Positions 17,093-26,700 of a stretch of 32,000 nucleotides of DNA are shown here, in pieces. Source of the DNA: Streptomyces sp. CNQ-509 (lineage in GTDB: Bacteria; Actinomycetota; Actinomycetes; Streptomycetales; Streptomycetaceae); contig NZ_CP011492.1 of the NCBI RefSeq assembly GCF_001011035.1, positions 7,672,951 through 7,704,950 of the forward strand, written 5' to 3'. The position numbers and the translations under genes were made by a program. The notes beneath the pieces were generated by a model. The model worked only from the letters and a program-made list of their open reading frames with translations. It did no database searches and was not told where the DNA came from. Position 1 is the stretch's first letter. Every line of letters starts with the position of its first letter.

Positions 17093-19200
17093 CCACACTC
17101 CGCCCCCGCGCCGTCGGCACCCCGCTGCGGCGCCTGGACGGCCCGGCCAAGGTGACCGGGACCGCCCGCTACGCGTTCGAGCATCCCCTCGAAGAGCCGC
17201 TTTACGTCCACCCCGTGCAGGCCACCGTCGCCCGCGGCCGGATCACCGGCGTGGACACCGAGGCGGCCGCGGCCTGCCCCGGCGTCGCGGTCGTGCTCAC
17301 CCCCCGTGACGTACCCCGGCTGGAGAACACCGGCGACGAGGAACTGGCGGTGCTGCAGTCCGGCATGATCGCCTTCCGCGGCCAGCTCGTGGGCGCGGTG
17401 GTCGCCGAGGACGTGGAGACCGCCCGGCACGCGGCCTCCCTGGTGCGGATCGCCTACGAGGACGAGCGACCCGATGTCGAGCTGCGCACCGACCGCGACG
17501 ACCTGTACGCCCCGGAGACCGTCAACCCCTTCTTCGCCACCGACACCGAGGACGGCGACGTCGACGCGGCGATGGACCGGGCCCCGGTCACCGTCGACGT
17601 CACCTACACGACGCCGATGGAGCACAACAACCCGATGGAGCCGCACACCACGGTGGCGGTGTGGCAGCCGGACTCCGCGGTGCGGTTGCTGCTCTACGCC
17701 TCCACGCAGGGCGTGCACACCGTAGGCACCGCCCTCGCCCCGCTGTTCGGGCTGGAGGCCGACCAGGTTCGGGTGATCTCTCCGCACGTCGGCGGCGGGT
17801 TCGGCTCGAAGGGCATGCCGCACGCGCACGACGTGCTGGCCGCGCTGTGCGCCAGGGCGGTGCCGGGCCGGCCGGTGAAGCTGGCGCTGACCCGCCAGCA
17901 GATGTTCACGCTCGCCGGGCACCGCACCCCCACGATCCAGCACCTGCGGCTGGGCTGCGGGACGGACGGCCGAATCACCGCGATCGGCCACGACGTGGTC
18001 GAACACACGGCCCATATCAAGGAGTTCGCCGAGCAGACGGCCGTCGGCACCCGGATGATGTACTCCGCGGCCCACCGCCGCACGTCGCACCGGCTGGCGG
18101 CGCTGGACGTACCCGTGCCTTCCTGGATGCGGGCGCCGGGCGAGTGCCCTGGCCTCTTCGCGCTGGAGTGCGCGATGGACGAACTGGCCGCCGCCTGCGG
18201 CCTGGACCCGGTCGAGCTGCGGGTACGCAACGACCCGCCGGAGGACCCGGAGACCGGACGTCCGTGGTCGGGGCGGAAGCTGGTGGAGTGCCTGCGCGAG
18301 GGCGCCCGCCGCTTCGGCTGGGACCGGCGCGCCGCCGCACCCGGCGCCCGCCGCGAGGGACGGGAGCTGGTGGGCCTCGGCGTGGCGTCCGCCACGTACC
18401 CGTACAACGCGGGCCAGGGCTCGGAGGCGCTGGTCCGCCACGAGGGCGAGGGCCGCTGGACGGTGCGGATCGGCGCGGCCGACATCGGGACCGGGACCTG
18501 GACGACGCTCACCCAGATCGCCGCCGACGCGCTGGACGCGACACCCGACGACGTGATGCTGCAGATCGGCGACACCGCCCTGCCCCCGGCGACGGTGGCG
18601 GGCGGCTCCTCCGGCCTCGCGTCCTGGGGTTCGGCGGTGGTCGCGGCCGTCCGCGCCTTCCGCGAGCGGCACGGCGACGACCCGGCGCCGGGCGCCGAGG
18701 CCCGCGCCGGCACGCCGGAGAACCCGGACCAGGAGACGTACGCGCTGCACTCCTTCGGCGCGCACTTCGCCGAGGTGCGGGTCGACGCCGACACCGGCGA
18801 GATCCGCGTGCCGCGGATGCTCGGGGTCTTCTCCGCGGGCCGCATCGTCAACCCGCGCACCGCCCGCTCCCAGTTCCTCGGCGGGATGACCATGGGCCTG
18901 TCGATGGCGCTGCACGAGCACACCGTGCTGGACCCGCGCACCGGGCACGTGGTGAACAACGACCTCGCCGATTACCACATCGCCTCGCACGCGGACGTCT
19001 GCGACATGGACGCGGTCTGGCTGGACGAGGAGGACCCGCACAGCAACCCGATGGGCACACGCGGCATCGGCGAGATCGGGATCGTGGGCTCGCCCGCGGC
19101 CGTGATCAACGCGGTGTACAACGCGACGGGCGTGCGCGTGCGGGACCTGCCGGCGACCCCGGACAAACTGCTGGCGGGCCTGGACGCACTGCGCGCATGA
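17089..19200 (+). CDS. Molybdopterin cofactor-binding large subunit of a molybdenum hydroxylase (YagR/PaoC-like)
   Basis: GTARYAFEHPLEEPLYVHPVQATVARGRITGVD...SPHVGGGFGSKGMPHAHDVLAALCARAVPGRPVKLALTRQQMF...GTRGIGEIGIVGSPAAVINAVYNATGVRVRDLPATPDKLL. Confidence 0.93.
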   Translation: MTTLRPRAVGTPLRRLDGPAKVTGTARYAFEHPLEEPLYVHPVQATVARGRITGVDTEAAAACPGVAVVLTPRDVPRLENTGDEELAVLQSGMIAFRGQLVGAVVAEDVETARHAASLVRIAYEDERPDVELRTDRDDLYAPETVNPFFATDTEDGDVDAAMDRAPVTVDVTYTTPMEHNNPMEPHTTVAVWQPDSAVRLLLYASTQGVHTVGTALAPLFGLEADQVRVISPHVGGGFGSKGMPHAHDVLAALCARAVPGRPVKLALTRQQMFTLAGHRTPTIQHLRLGCGTDGRITAIGHDVVEHTAHIKEFAEQTAVGTRMMYSAAHRRTSHRLAALDVPVPSWMRAPGECPGLFALECAMDELAAACGLDPVELRVRNDPPEDPETGRPWSGRKLVECLREGARRFGWDRRAAAPGARREGRELVGLGVASATYPYNAGQGSEALVRHEGEGRWTVRIGAADIGTGTWTTLTQIAADALDATPDDVMLQIGDTALPPATVAGGSSGLASWGSAVVAAVRAFRERHGDDPAPGAEARAGTPENPDQETYALHSFGAHFAEVRVDADTGEIRVPRMLGVFSAGRIVNPRTARSQFLGGMTMGLSMALHEHTVLDPRTGHVVNNDLADYHIASHADVCDMDAVWLDEEDPHSNPMGTRGIGEIGIVGSPAAVINAVYNATGVRVRDLPATPDKLLAGLDALRA

Positions 19201-19312
19201 CGTCTCCCGGGTATCGGGATCGCGTTCATCGACGCGCCGCGGCAGTCGTTGCGGGCCACCAGGGTGCGCAGGGCGGCGTGGACGGCGGTCGCCTTGTCGG
19301 CCGGTGCCGCCG

Positions 19313-20251
19313 CTACGCGCCGGCGGGGGTGCGGACGTCGAGGGCGACACCGGTCTCGCGCTCGGAGACCTTCCAGAGCTTCGCGACGGCCCGGTCCCTC
19401 CCGATCCTGCGCAGCACCGGCTTGCGGACCGGGGGACCGTTGTTGCCCCACAGCGGCCCGTAGAACTCACCGCCTTTGGCCGCCGGGTCGGTGGCGGCGC
19501 GGAGCTGCGGCAGCGCGCCGTCGTCGGCGGACATGCCGGTGCGCTGTGCCAGGGCATGGAAGAACCGCTGGGAGGCGCCGCCTTCCGAACCCTGCACGCT
19601 GACCGCCTGCAAGTCGGTGTGGGACAGGCCCGGATGCGCGATCAGGCTTGCCGTGCCCGCGCCCGCCCGCCGCAGCTCGCGGTGGAGTCCGAGCCCGAAG
19701 TGGAAGTTGGCCAGCTTCGCCTGCCCGTACGCGCGCCACGGCCCGTAGCGGCCCTCCAGATGGGGGTTGGTCACGTCGACGGCGCGGCCCAGATGGTGGG
19801 CGGTGCTGGTCACGGTCACGACGCGGGATCCGGGCGTGCGCAGCAGTGCGGGCAGCAGGAGCGCGGTCAGGGTCCAGTGGCCCAGGTGGTCGACGGCGAA
19901 CTGCATCTCGAAGCCGTCGACCGTCCGCGCCTCGCCGATCGCCATCACTCCCGCATTGTTGACCAGAAGGTCGAGCCGGTCGTGAGAGGCGAGGACCTGC
20001 CCGGCGGCCTCTTTCACGGACGCCTGCGAGGACAGGTCGACCGCGACAATCTCCAGCGAGGCACCCGGGACCGTCGTCCGGATCTTCTCGGCCGCGGCAG
20101 CGGCTTTCCTCTGATTCCGCACGGCCATCACGACGTGCGTTCCCTTGACCGCCAGGTTCCTGGCGGTCACCAGTCCGAGCCCGCCGTTGGCGCCGGTGAC
20201 CAGGGCCGTGCGGCCGTGCTGGTCAGGGATGTCGGTTGCGGTCCAGCCCAT
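19313..20251 (-). CDS. Short-chain dehydrogenase/reductase
   Basis: GRTALVTGANGGLGLVTARNLAVKGTHVVMAVRNQRKAAAAAEKI...DLLVNNAGVMAI...FAVDHLGHWTLTALLLPAL...YGQAKLANFHFG. ATG at 20251 has an upstream GGAGG. Confidence 0.9.
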   Translation of the reverse strand: MGWTATDIPDQHGRTALVTGANGGLGLVTARNLAVKGTHVVMAVRNQRKAAAAAEKIRTTVPGASLEIVAVDLSSQASVKEAAGQVLASHDRLDLLVNNAGVMAIGEARTVDGFEMQFAVDHLGHWTLTALLLPALLRTPGSRVVTVTSTAHHLGRAVDVTNPHLEGRYGPWRAYGQAKLANFHFGLGLHRELRRAGAGTASLIAHPGLSHTDLQAVSVQGSEGGASQRFFHALAQRTGMSADDGALPQLRAATDPAAKGGEFYGPLWGNNGPPVRKPVLRRIGRDRAVAKLWKVSERETGVALDVRTPAGA

Positions 20252-20383
20252 TCGCACCTCCGCATGAGTGCTCATTCAGCATGTGGCGCGTACCTGCGGT
20301 CTGCAAGCCGGGCGGTGGGGCTCGTCGCCGACGCTCCGGGTGCTGCCCGCCGGGGGCGGTGAGAGGAGCACCCGGAGGTGCCT

Positions 20384-20575
20384 TCAGCGGCCCGTCGCCC
20401 GGCCGCGGCCGGGCGGGAGCGCGACCACCGCCGCTGCGGCCGGGATGGCGACGAGCCCGGGCGGGATGGCCGGGGTGTCCGTCACTCCGGCCGCCATCTG
20501 GACCGCGAAGCCGGCGGCGGCGACCAGAAGAGCGGCGACCGTCAGGTTGCGGCCGGCGGTGTGTCGCAGGCTCAT
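20384..20575 (-). CDS. Small membrane protein of unknown function (63 aa)
   Basis: MSLRHTAGRNLTVAALLVAAAGFAVQMAAGVTDTPAIPPGLVAIPAAAAVVALPPGRGRATGR; start overlaps stop of the MarR gene. Confidence 0.55.
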   Translation of the reverse strand: MSLRHTAGRNLTVAALLVAAAGFAVQMAAGVTDTPAIPPGLVAIPAAAAVVALPPGRGRATGR

Positions 20576-21072
20576 GAGAGCTCCTCGTCCTGTGCCTGTG
20601 TGTGCGAGGTGGGCTGTTCCGGTTCGCTGGTGAGGGTCTCGGCGTGGCGCAGCGGAGTCAGCAGCATGTCGGTGAGCGCCGCGCTCTGCTCGCTGTGGCG
20701 CCCGCCGAGGGGAGCCAACCGCTGTTCCTCGATCCTGAGGACCTCTGCCCGGGCGGCGGTGACCAGCTCGGCGCCGCGTTCGGTCACGGTGAGCTGCACT
20801 GCCCGGGTGTCGCCTGGATGGCCGGTGCGTTGCACCAGCCCCGCCCGCTCCAGCGCCAGCTTGGAGACGTGCATCGGCTCCAGCCCGATGAAGTCGGCCA
20901 GTTCCCGCTGCCGCGGACGGGCTCCGCCGGCCGAGAACGCGGAGAGTGAGACCAGGACGCCGTACTGCGACGACGTCAGTCCCAGCGGCGCGAGGGCCCG
21001 GTCGATCGCCGTCCGCCAGCGGAGATTCAGGTGCCAGACCAGGAAGCCCGTGGAAATGTTTACCGTAAGCAA
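20572..21072 (-). CDS. MarR family transcriptional regulator
   Basis: LNLRWRTAIDRALAPLGLTSSQYGVLVSLSAFSAGGARPRQRELADFIGLEPMHVSKLALERAGLVQRTGHPGDTRAVQLTVTERGAELV: winged HTH of MarR proteins. Start codon (TTG at 21072) uncertain. Confidence 0.88.
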   Translation of the reverse strand: MLTVNISTGFLVWHLNLRWRTAIDRALAPLGLTSSQYGVLVSLSAFSAGGARPRQRELADFIGLEPMHVSKLALERAGLVQRTGHPGDTRAVQLTVTERGAELVTAARAEVLRIEEQRLAPLGGRHSEQSAALTDMLLTPLRHAETLTSEPEQPTSHTQAQDEELS

Positions 21073-21142
21073 GTTTCGTATCTGTCCGCGTACGCTCGCC
21101 CCGCCCGGGCCGCCGGGTGCGCCGCGGCCTTCCCGGTACTCG

Positions 21143-22606
21143 TCAGGTGTCGGCGAGGAGGGGGTCGTACGGGGTGCCGGCGCGGCGGCCCGCCATGAAG
21201 GAGAGGAAGTCGCCCACGAAGGCGCTGCGGCCGTAGGTGCCGTCGGTGGTGGTGAGATCGCGGTGAAAGGCGGTGCGGAAGAGGGTTCGGTATTCCTCCG
21301 CGTCGATGCTTCCGCTGCCGTCCTTGTCGGTGGCGTCGAAGAGGACCTCGGCGACCCGGATGAGCGCGGGTCCGGCGAGGGAGGGGACGGCGGTGGCGTA
21401 CTCCTCGGCGCTGACGCGGCCGTCGCCGTCCGTGTCGAGGGCGGCCTGGAGTTCGCGCCACCAGGCGGCGAAGGCGTCGTAGAGCCGGGCCTCCTCGGGT
21501 TCGTCCAGGTCGAGGCGGGTGGAGAGTTCGCGTGCCATGGCGGCGAGGTCGGGCCAGTCGAGGTGGCCGTCGCCGGTCTGGTCCAGCACCCGGAGGAAGA
21601 ACTCCTCCGCCGAACGCCGGTGCTCTGCCGTCGCCGCCGAAGGCGCCGGGCCGGGGCCGGTGCCGCCGCCCAGGGGGGTGAGGAGCCGGAGCAGGGCCGA
21701 AGCCCGATTCATCCGGGCGCGCAGGGCGGACACGGTACGGGCGCGGGGGTCGTCGCTGCCGGGCGGGAGCGAGAGGGTTTCGATGATGCTCTCCGCGTTG
21801 ATCCAGCCCTCGGGCAGGAAGCGGGTGAGCCCCGCGGCGAGGTAGGCGCCCTGCATGAGGGTGGCGGCGCCCGGCGTCTCGGGCAGGCCGGCCCGGCGCC
21901 GGTACGGCTCGGGGAGCGAGGCCACGGTGATCGCGCCGATGAGCGGACCGGCGACGGCGCGCCCGGCCGCCCACAGTGCCGGTGCGCCGTCGAGCAGCGC
22001 GGGCGCGGGCAGGTGGTCGAAGAGCCGGTAGAGGATGACGCGGGCCGCCTCGGTGTTCTCCAGCTCGTTCTCGACGACCCGGTCGAAGTACGGCCAGAAG
22101 TCGTTCAGCTCCTCGGGGAGTTCCGCGGCATCGCCGTCGAGCGCGGCGAGGAACGCGCGGTACTCGGCGTACATCCGCTCCATCGTGTCCTGGCCGAGCG
22201 GCTGGCCGCTCAGCCGGCACATGGTGACGGCGCTCTCGAAGAGGGTGGCGACCACCCAGGCGCGGATCGCGCGGTCCATCGCGTCGTAGGCGCGGCCGCG
22301 GGAGTCGGAGCCGCTCATGCGGGCGTGCAGCCGGTTGAGCCGGGCGGCCTCCCGTTCGCGTACCGCCGGGTCGGCGCCGAACATGCGCCGCATGCTGAGG
22401 AAGGTGTTGCGGAGCCGGCGCCAGGGGTGGGCGACGAAGACCGAGTTGTCGACGAGGGCGGCGCCGATCTGCGGGTGAGCCGCCTCCAGCACGGTGGCGC
22501 GGATGATGGCCAGGGCCCAGCGCGGGTCGTCGAAGAAGCCGCTGAACTTCGATTCCGGGCCGAACAGGGGCGCCCCGCCGGCCGTTCCCGTGGTTTCGGT
22601 GGTCAT
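21143..22606 (-). CDS. Oxygenase MpaB family / DUF2236 domain protein with C-terminal EF-hand motifs (487 aa)
   Basis: N-terminal part FFDDPRWALAIIRATVLEAAHPQIGAALVDNSVFVAHPWRRLRNTFLSMRRMFG...AWVVATLFESAV resembles DUF2236; C-terminal calcium-loop motifs DQTGDGHLDWPD, DTDGDGRVSAEE, DKDGSGSIDAEE. Confidence 0.85.
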   Translation of the reverse strand: MTTETTGTAGGAPLFGPESKFSGFFDDPRWALAIIRATVLEAAHPQIGAALVDNSVFVAHPWRRLRNTFLSMRRMFGADPAVREREAARLNRLHARMSGSDSRGRAYDAMDRAIRAWVVATLFESAVTMCRLSGQPLGQDTMERMYAEYRAFLAALDGDAAELPEELNDFWPYFDRVVENELENTEAARVILYRLFDHLPAPALLDGAPALWAAGRAVAGPLIGAITVASLPEPYRRRAGLPETPGAATLMQGAYLAAGLTRFLPEGWINAESIIETLSLPPGSDDPRARTVSALRARMNRASALLRLLTPLGGGTGPGPAPSAATAEHRRSAEEFFLRVLDQTGDGHLDWPDLAAMARELSTRLDLDEPEEARLYDAFAAWWRELQAALDTDGDGRVSAEEYATAVPSLAGPALIRVAEVLFDATDKDGSGSIDAEEYRTLFRTAFHRDLTTTDGTYGRSAFVGDFLSFMAGRRAGTPYDPLLADT

Positions 22607-23367
22607 GACCGGTCTCCGTTCGTCCGGGCGGGTACGCCGCCGAAGCGGCGGTCGCGGCGCCGGTAGGCGTGCAGGTGGGCGAGGAAGTCGGGAGCCCGGA
22701 AGTCCGGCCACAGCACCTGGGGGAAGACCCACTCGGCGTAGGCGACCTGCCAGAGCATGAAGTTGGAGATGCGCTGCTCACCCGAGGTGCGGATGACCAG
22801 ATCCACGTTGGGGGTGTCGGGGAAGGGCAGGTGGTCCGCGAAGAGCCGCTCAGTCACCTCGTCGGCGGGCGTCCCGCTACGGATCAGCGACCTGGCGGCC
22901 TCGACGATGTCCCGGCGCCCGCCGTGGTCGAAGGCGACGGTGAGCGTCATCCCCCGGTTGCCGGCGGTGAGCTCCGCCAGATCGTAGAAGTCCCGGGCCA
23001 GTGCACGGGGGATGCGCGGGTCGGCGACCCCGAGGAAACGGCAGCGGATGCCGCGCGCGAGCAGCAGCGGCGCATGCGTGCGCACGACCCTGCGCACCAG
23101 CCGCATCAGGAACTCGACCTCAGTGCCGGGGCGGATCCAGTTCTCGGTGGAGAAGGCGTACAGGCTGAGCCACTCCACGCCGGCGGTCCTGGCCGCCTCG
23201 ATGACGTCGATGACCGCGGCCTCCGCGGCCCGGTGACCCGCCGTACGGGGAAGCGAACGCTGCTGTGCCCACCGGCCGTTGCCGTCCATCACGCACGCCA
23301 CGTGCCGCGGTCCCGCACGCACCGCCCCGTCCGGAGCGGCACGGCCGCCCGCACCGCGTTCGGTCAC
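22603..23367 (-). CDS. cis-Prenyltransferase (isoprenyl transferase / undecaprenyl diphosphate synthase family)
   Basis: GPRHVACVMDGNGRWAQQRSLPRTAGHRAAEAAVIDVIEAARTAGVEWLSLYAFSTENWIRPGTEVEFLMRL...TVAFDHGGRRDIVEAA...DLVIRTSGEQRISNFMLWQVAYAEWVFPQVLWPDF. Likely GTG start at 23367; stop overlaps the next gene's ATG (ATGA). Confidence 0.92.
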   Translation of the reverse strand: MTERGAGGRAAPDGAVRAGPRHVACVMDGNGRWAQQRSLPRTAGHRAAEAAVIDVIEAARTAGVEWLSLYAFSTENWIRPGTEVEFLMRLVRRVVRTHAPLLLARGIRCRFLGVADPRIPRALARDFYDLAELTAGNRGMTLTVAFDHGGRRDIVEAARSLIRSGTPADEVTERLFADHLPFPDTPNVDLVIRTSGEQRISNFMLWQVAYAEWVFPQVLWPDFRAPDFLAHLHAYRRRDRRFGGVPARTNGDRS

Positions 23368-23741
23368 GCCCACCCTGTGCCGCTCCCGCCTCGCCCACGC
23401 CCCACCGGCGCGTTCCCTCCTGAAGTCTGGCAGCGCGAACGGGCCCTTCACCGCCGAACGAGTGGCCGTCACCCTCGACTCGTACGTTCGAATGTCCCCG
23501 GGTCCCGAGCGGTGAACTCGCGCCGCCGTCCTTTCATCCGAGGCGACGCGCGCGCATCGTCCCGCGAGAGGCGGATGTCGGTCTATCGGACCGCAGATCA
23601 CTCCTTCGAGTGCTATGTGGGTCTGAGTGCCGGAATGTCCAGCACCCGCTGGCACGATGATCCACATCTTCCTCCGCGGGCCTCAGCGCCCCAAGCCACC
23701 GTTCTCCAGCAGAGTTTGCCGCACCAGCAGGAGGTACGCCG

Positions 23742-26700
23742 TTGTCCCGTAGCCAGGTCTTCGCAGCGCACGGCGGCGCCGGCGCGCCGGTCCGCGACCG
23801 GCCGGCCGATGTACCGGACACCCTGCCGGTGACCGCGGGGCAGCGGGAGGTGTGGCTCGCCGAGCAGTACTCCCCGCACCACCGGTCCGCCCTGCGGCTC
23901 GGCGAGTACCTGGCGATCGACGGGCCCGTGGAGCGGGACCTGTTCGAGGCGGCGCTGCGCCATGTCGTCGGCGAGGCCGACGCGTTGCGCGTACGGCTGG
24001 TGCCGGGCGCGGACGGTCCCGTACAGGTGCTGGAGCGCGAACCGCCGTGGCAGCTCGCGTTCGTCGACCTCAGCGGCGCAACCGATCCCGAGGCGGCCGG
24101 GCGGGCGTGGGCCGACGCCGACGTGGCCCGGCCCATGGACCTGGCGCGGGGACCGCTGTTCAGCTTCGCGCTGCTCAAGCTCGGTCCCGACCGGTTCTGG
24201 TGGTATCACACGTACCACCACGCGGCGGTCGACGCCTTCGGCTACGCGCTGGTGGCCCGCCGGGTCGCCGAGGTCTACACGGCCCTCGTGCGGGGCCGGG
24301 AGGCCGGGCCCTCGCCCTTCGGCCCGCTGGCGGCGCTGGTCCAAGCCGATCGGAAGTACCAGGACTCGGCGGAACGGACCGCGGACCGGGCGTACTGGAA
24401 GCGGCAGTTGGCCGGCTGGACCCGCGCCGCCACCGCCGACGCGGGCGCCGTGCACGACGCCGCCGCGCGGCTGCCGCAGCAGCGCCCGGCGTCCGGGGGG
24501 CCCGGGGCGGAGGGGCCCGTCGCCTCGGACCCCGCGCAGCCGGCCGTGCCGCGCACCCCGCTGCTGCCGCTGCTGCGCCCCGAGGCGCTGCGCGCCGCCG
24601 CGCGGCGCGCCGGGGTCTCCCGCTTCCGCCTGGTGTTCGCCGCCGTCGCGCTGTACGAGCACCGCCGCACCGGCGCCCGCGACGTCGTCGTCGGCCTCAC
24701 CGTCGCGGGCCGGACGGGACCGGCCTCCCGCACCACCCCGGGGATGCTGGCCAACAGCGTGCCCGTACGCCTGACCGTGCGGCCCGGCATGCCGCTGCGG
24801 GACCTCCTCGCCCAGGTCGACGACCGCATGCGGGAAGCCGTCGAGCACCAGCGCTACCGCGCCGAGGACCTGCACCGCGACCTCGGCCTGTCCCGCGGCC
24901 CCGGCACGGCGTACACGCCGATGGTCAACCTCATCGGCTTCGACTACGACATCTCCTTCGCCGGCCACCGCTGCACCGCCCACAACCTGTCGTTCCCGCT
25001 GGCCGCCGACCTCATGATCATGGTGTGGGACCGCCGGGACGGCACCGGCCCGCACATGCGGCTGCACGCCCCGCCCGGCGAGTACGGCACGGCGGAACTG
25101 GCGGACACCCAGCGGCGGCTGCTGGACGCGGTCGCACATCTGGCCGACGCCGATCCGGACCTCCCCGTCGGGCGGCTCGAGGCGCTGCCCGCCGCCGAGC
25201 GGCGGCAGTTGCTCGCGCTCGGCGACGCCACCGCGGCCGCCGCACCGCCCGCCCCGGTCGCGGCGCTCTTCGAGGCACAGGTGCGCCGGACGCCCGGGGC
25301 GCCCGCCCTGGAGTCCGCCGGCACCGCCGTGTCGTACGCGGAGCTGAACGCCCGCGCCAACCGGCTCGCGCACGCCATGGCGGCCCGGGGGATCGGGGCG
25401 GAGGACGTCGTCGCGCTCGTGCTGCCGCGCTCGGTGGACCTCGTCGTCGCCGAACTCGCCGTGCTCAAGGCCGGCGCCGCCTATCTGCCGGTCGACCCCG
25501 GATACCCGCCCGCGCGGCGGAAGTTCATGCTCACCGACGCCCGCCCCGCGCTGGTCCTGGACGACCCGCGCACCCTCGCCGAGCTGGCCGCCGGGCAGCC
25601 CGCCACCGACCCGGGCATCGTCGTCGACCCCCGCCGCCCCGCGTACGTGATCTACACCTCCGGCTCCACCGGCCGCCCCAAGGGCGTCATGGTGCCGCAC
25701 ACGGGCGTCGCGTCCCTCGTCGCGTTCCACACCGAGCGGCTGCGGATCACCCCCGGCAGCCGCATCCCGCAGTTGGCCTCGCCCGGCTTCGACGCCTGCG
25801 CCTGGGAGATGTGCGTCGCCCTCCTCACCGGCGCCACCCTCGTCCTCGCCCCCGGGGGCGACCCGCTGGCCGTCCTCACGGAACCCGGCTTCGGCATCAC
25901 CCATGCCTTCGTGCCGCCTTCCGCGCTCACCGCGGTCGCCGAGCAGGACAGCCCCGTGACGACGCTCGCGGTCGGCGGCGAGCCGGTGCCGCCGGGGCTG
26001 GTCGCGCGGTGGGCCCCCGGCCGGCGGCTCATGAACGTCTACGGGCCGACCGAGACCACCGCGATGGTGACCACCAGCCTCCCGCTCACCCCCGACGGCA
26101 CCGCCCCGCCCATCGGCAGGCCGCACTCCGGCACCCGCCTCTACGTCCTCGACGGCGCGCTGCGGCCCGTACCCGTGGGCGCATCCGGCGAGTTGTACAT
26201 CGCGGGGGTCTCCCTGGCCCGCGGCTATCTGCGCCGGCCGGGGCTGACCGCCCTGCGGTTCGTGGCCGACCCGTACGGCCCGCCCGGCACCCGGATGTAC
26301 CGGACCGGGGACGTGGTGCGCTGGCGCGCCGACGGCCAGGTGGACTTCGTCGGCCGCGCCGACCGCCAGGTCAAGATCCGCGGCTTCCGCATCGAGCAGG
26401 AGGAGGTCGAGGCGGCGCTGCTCGCCTGCCCCGGCGTCGCCCGGGCCGCGGTCCTCGCCCGCCGCGACCCGCCGGGCGGCGACCTGCGGCTCGTCGCGTA
26501 CGTCGTGGCCGCCGAGGACGGCCTCAGCGGGCCCCTGCTGCGCGCGCGGCTGTGTGCCCGGCTGCCCGGCTTCATGGTGCCCGCGGCGTTCGTCATGCTC
26601 GGCGACCTGCCGCTGAACGCCAACGGGAAGGTCGACCGCGACGCCCTGCCCGCCCCCGAGCCGGACCCGGAGGAGGCCGCGGGCGCGCCGCCGCGCACCC

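Noticed and set aside
17694-18959. Minus-strand 421-aa ORF
   Set aside because: Shadow of the molybdopterin-binding subunit with no coherent domain.
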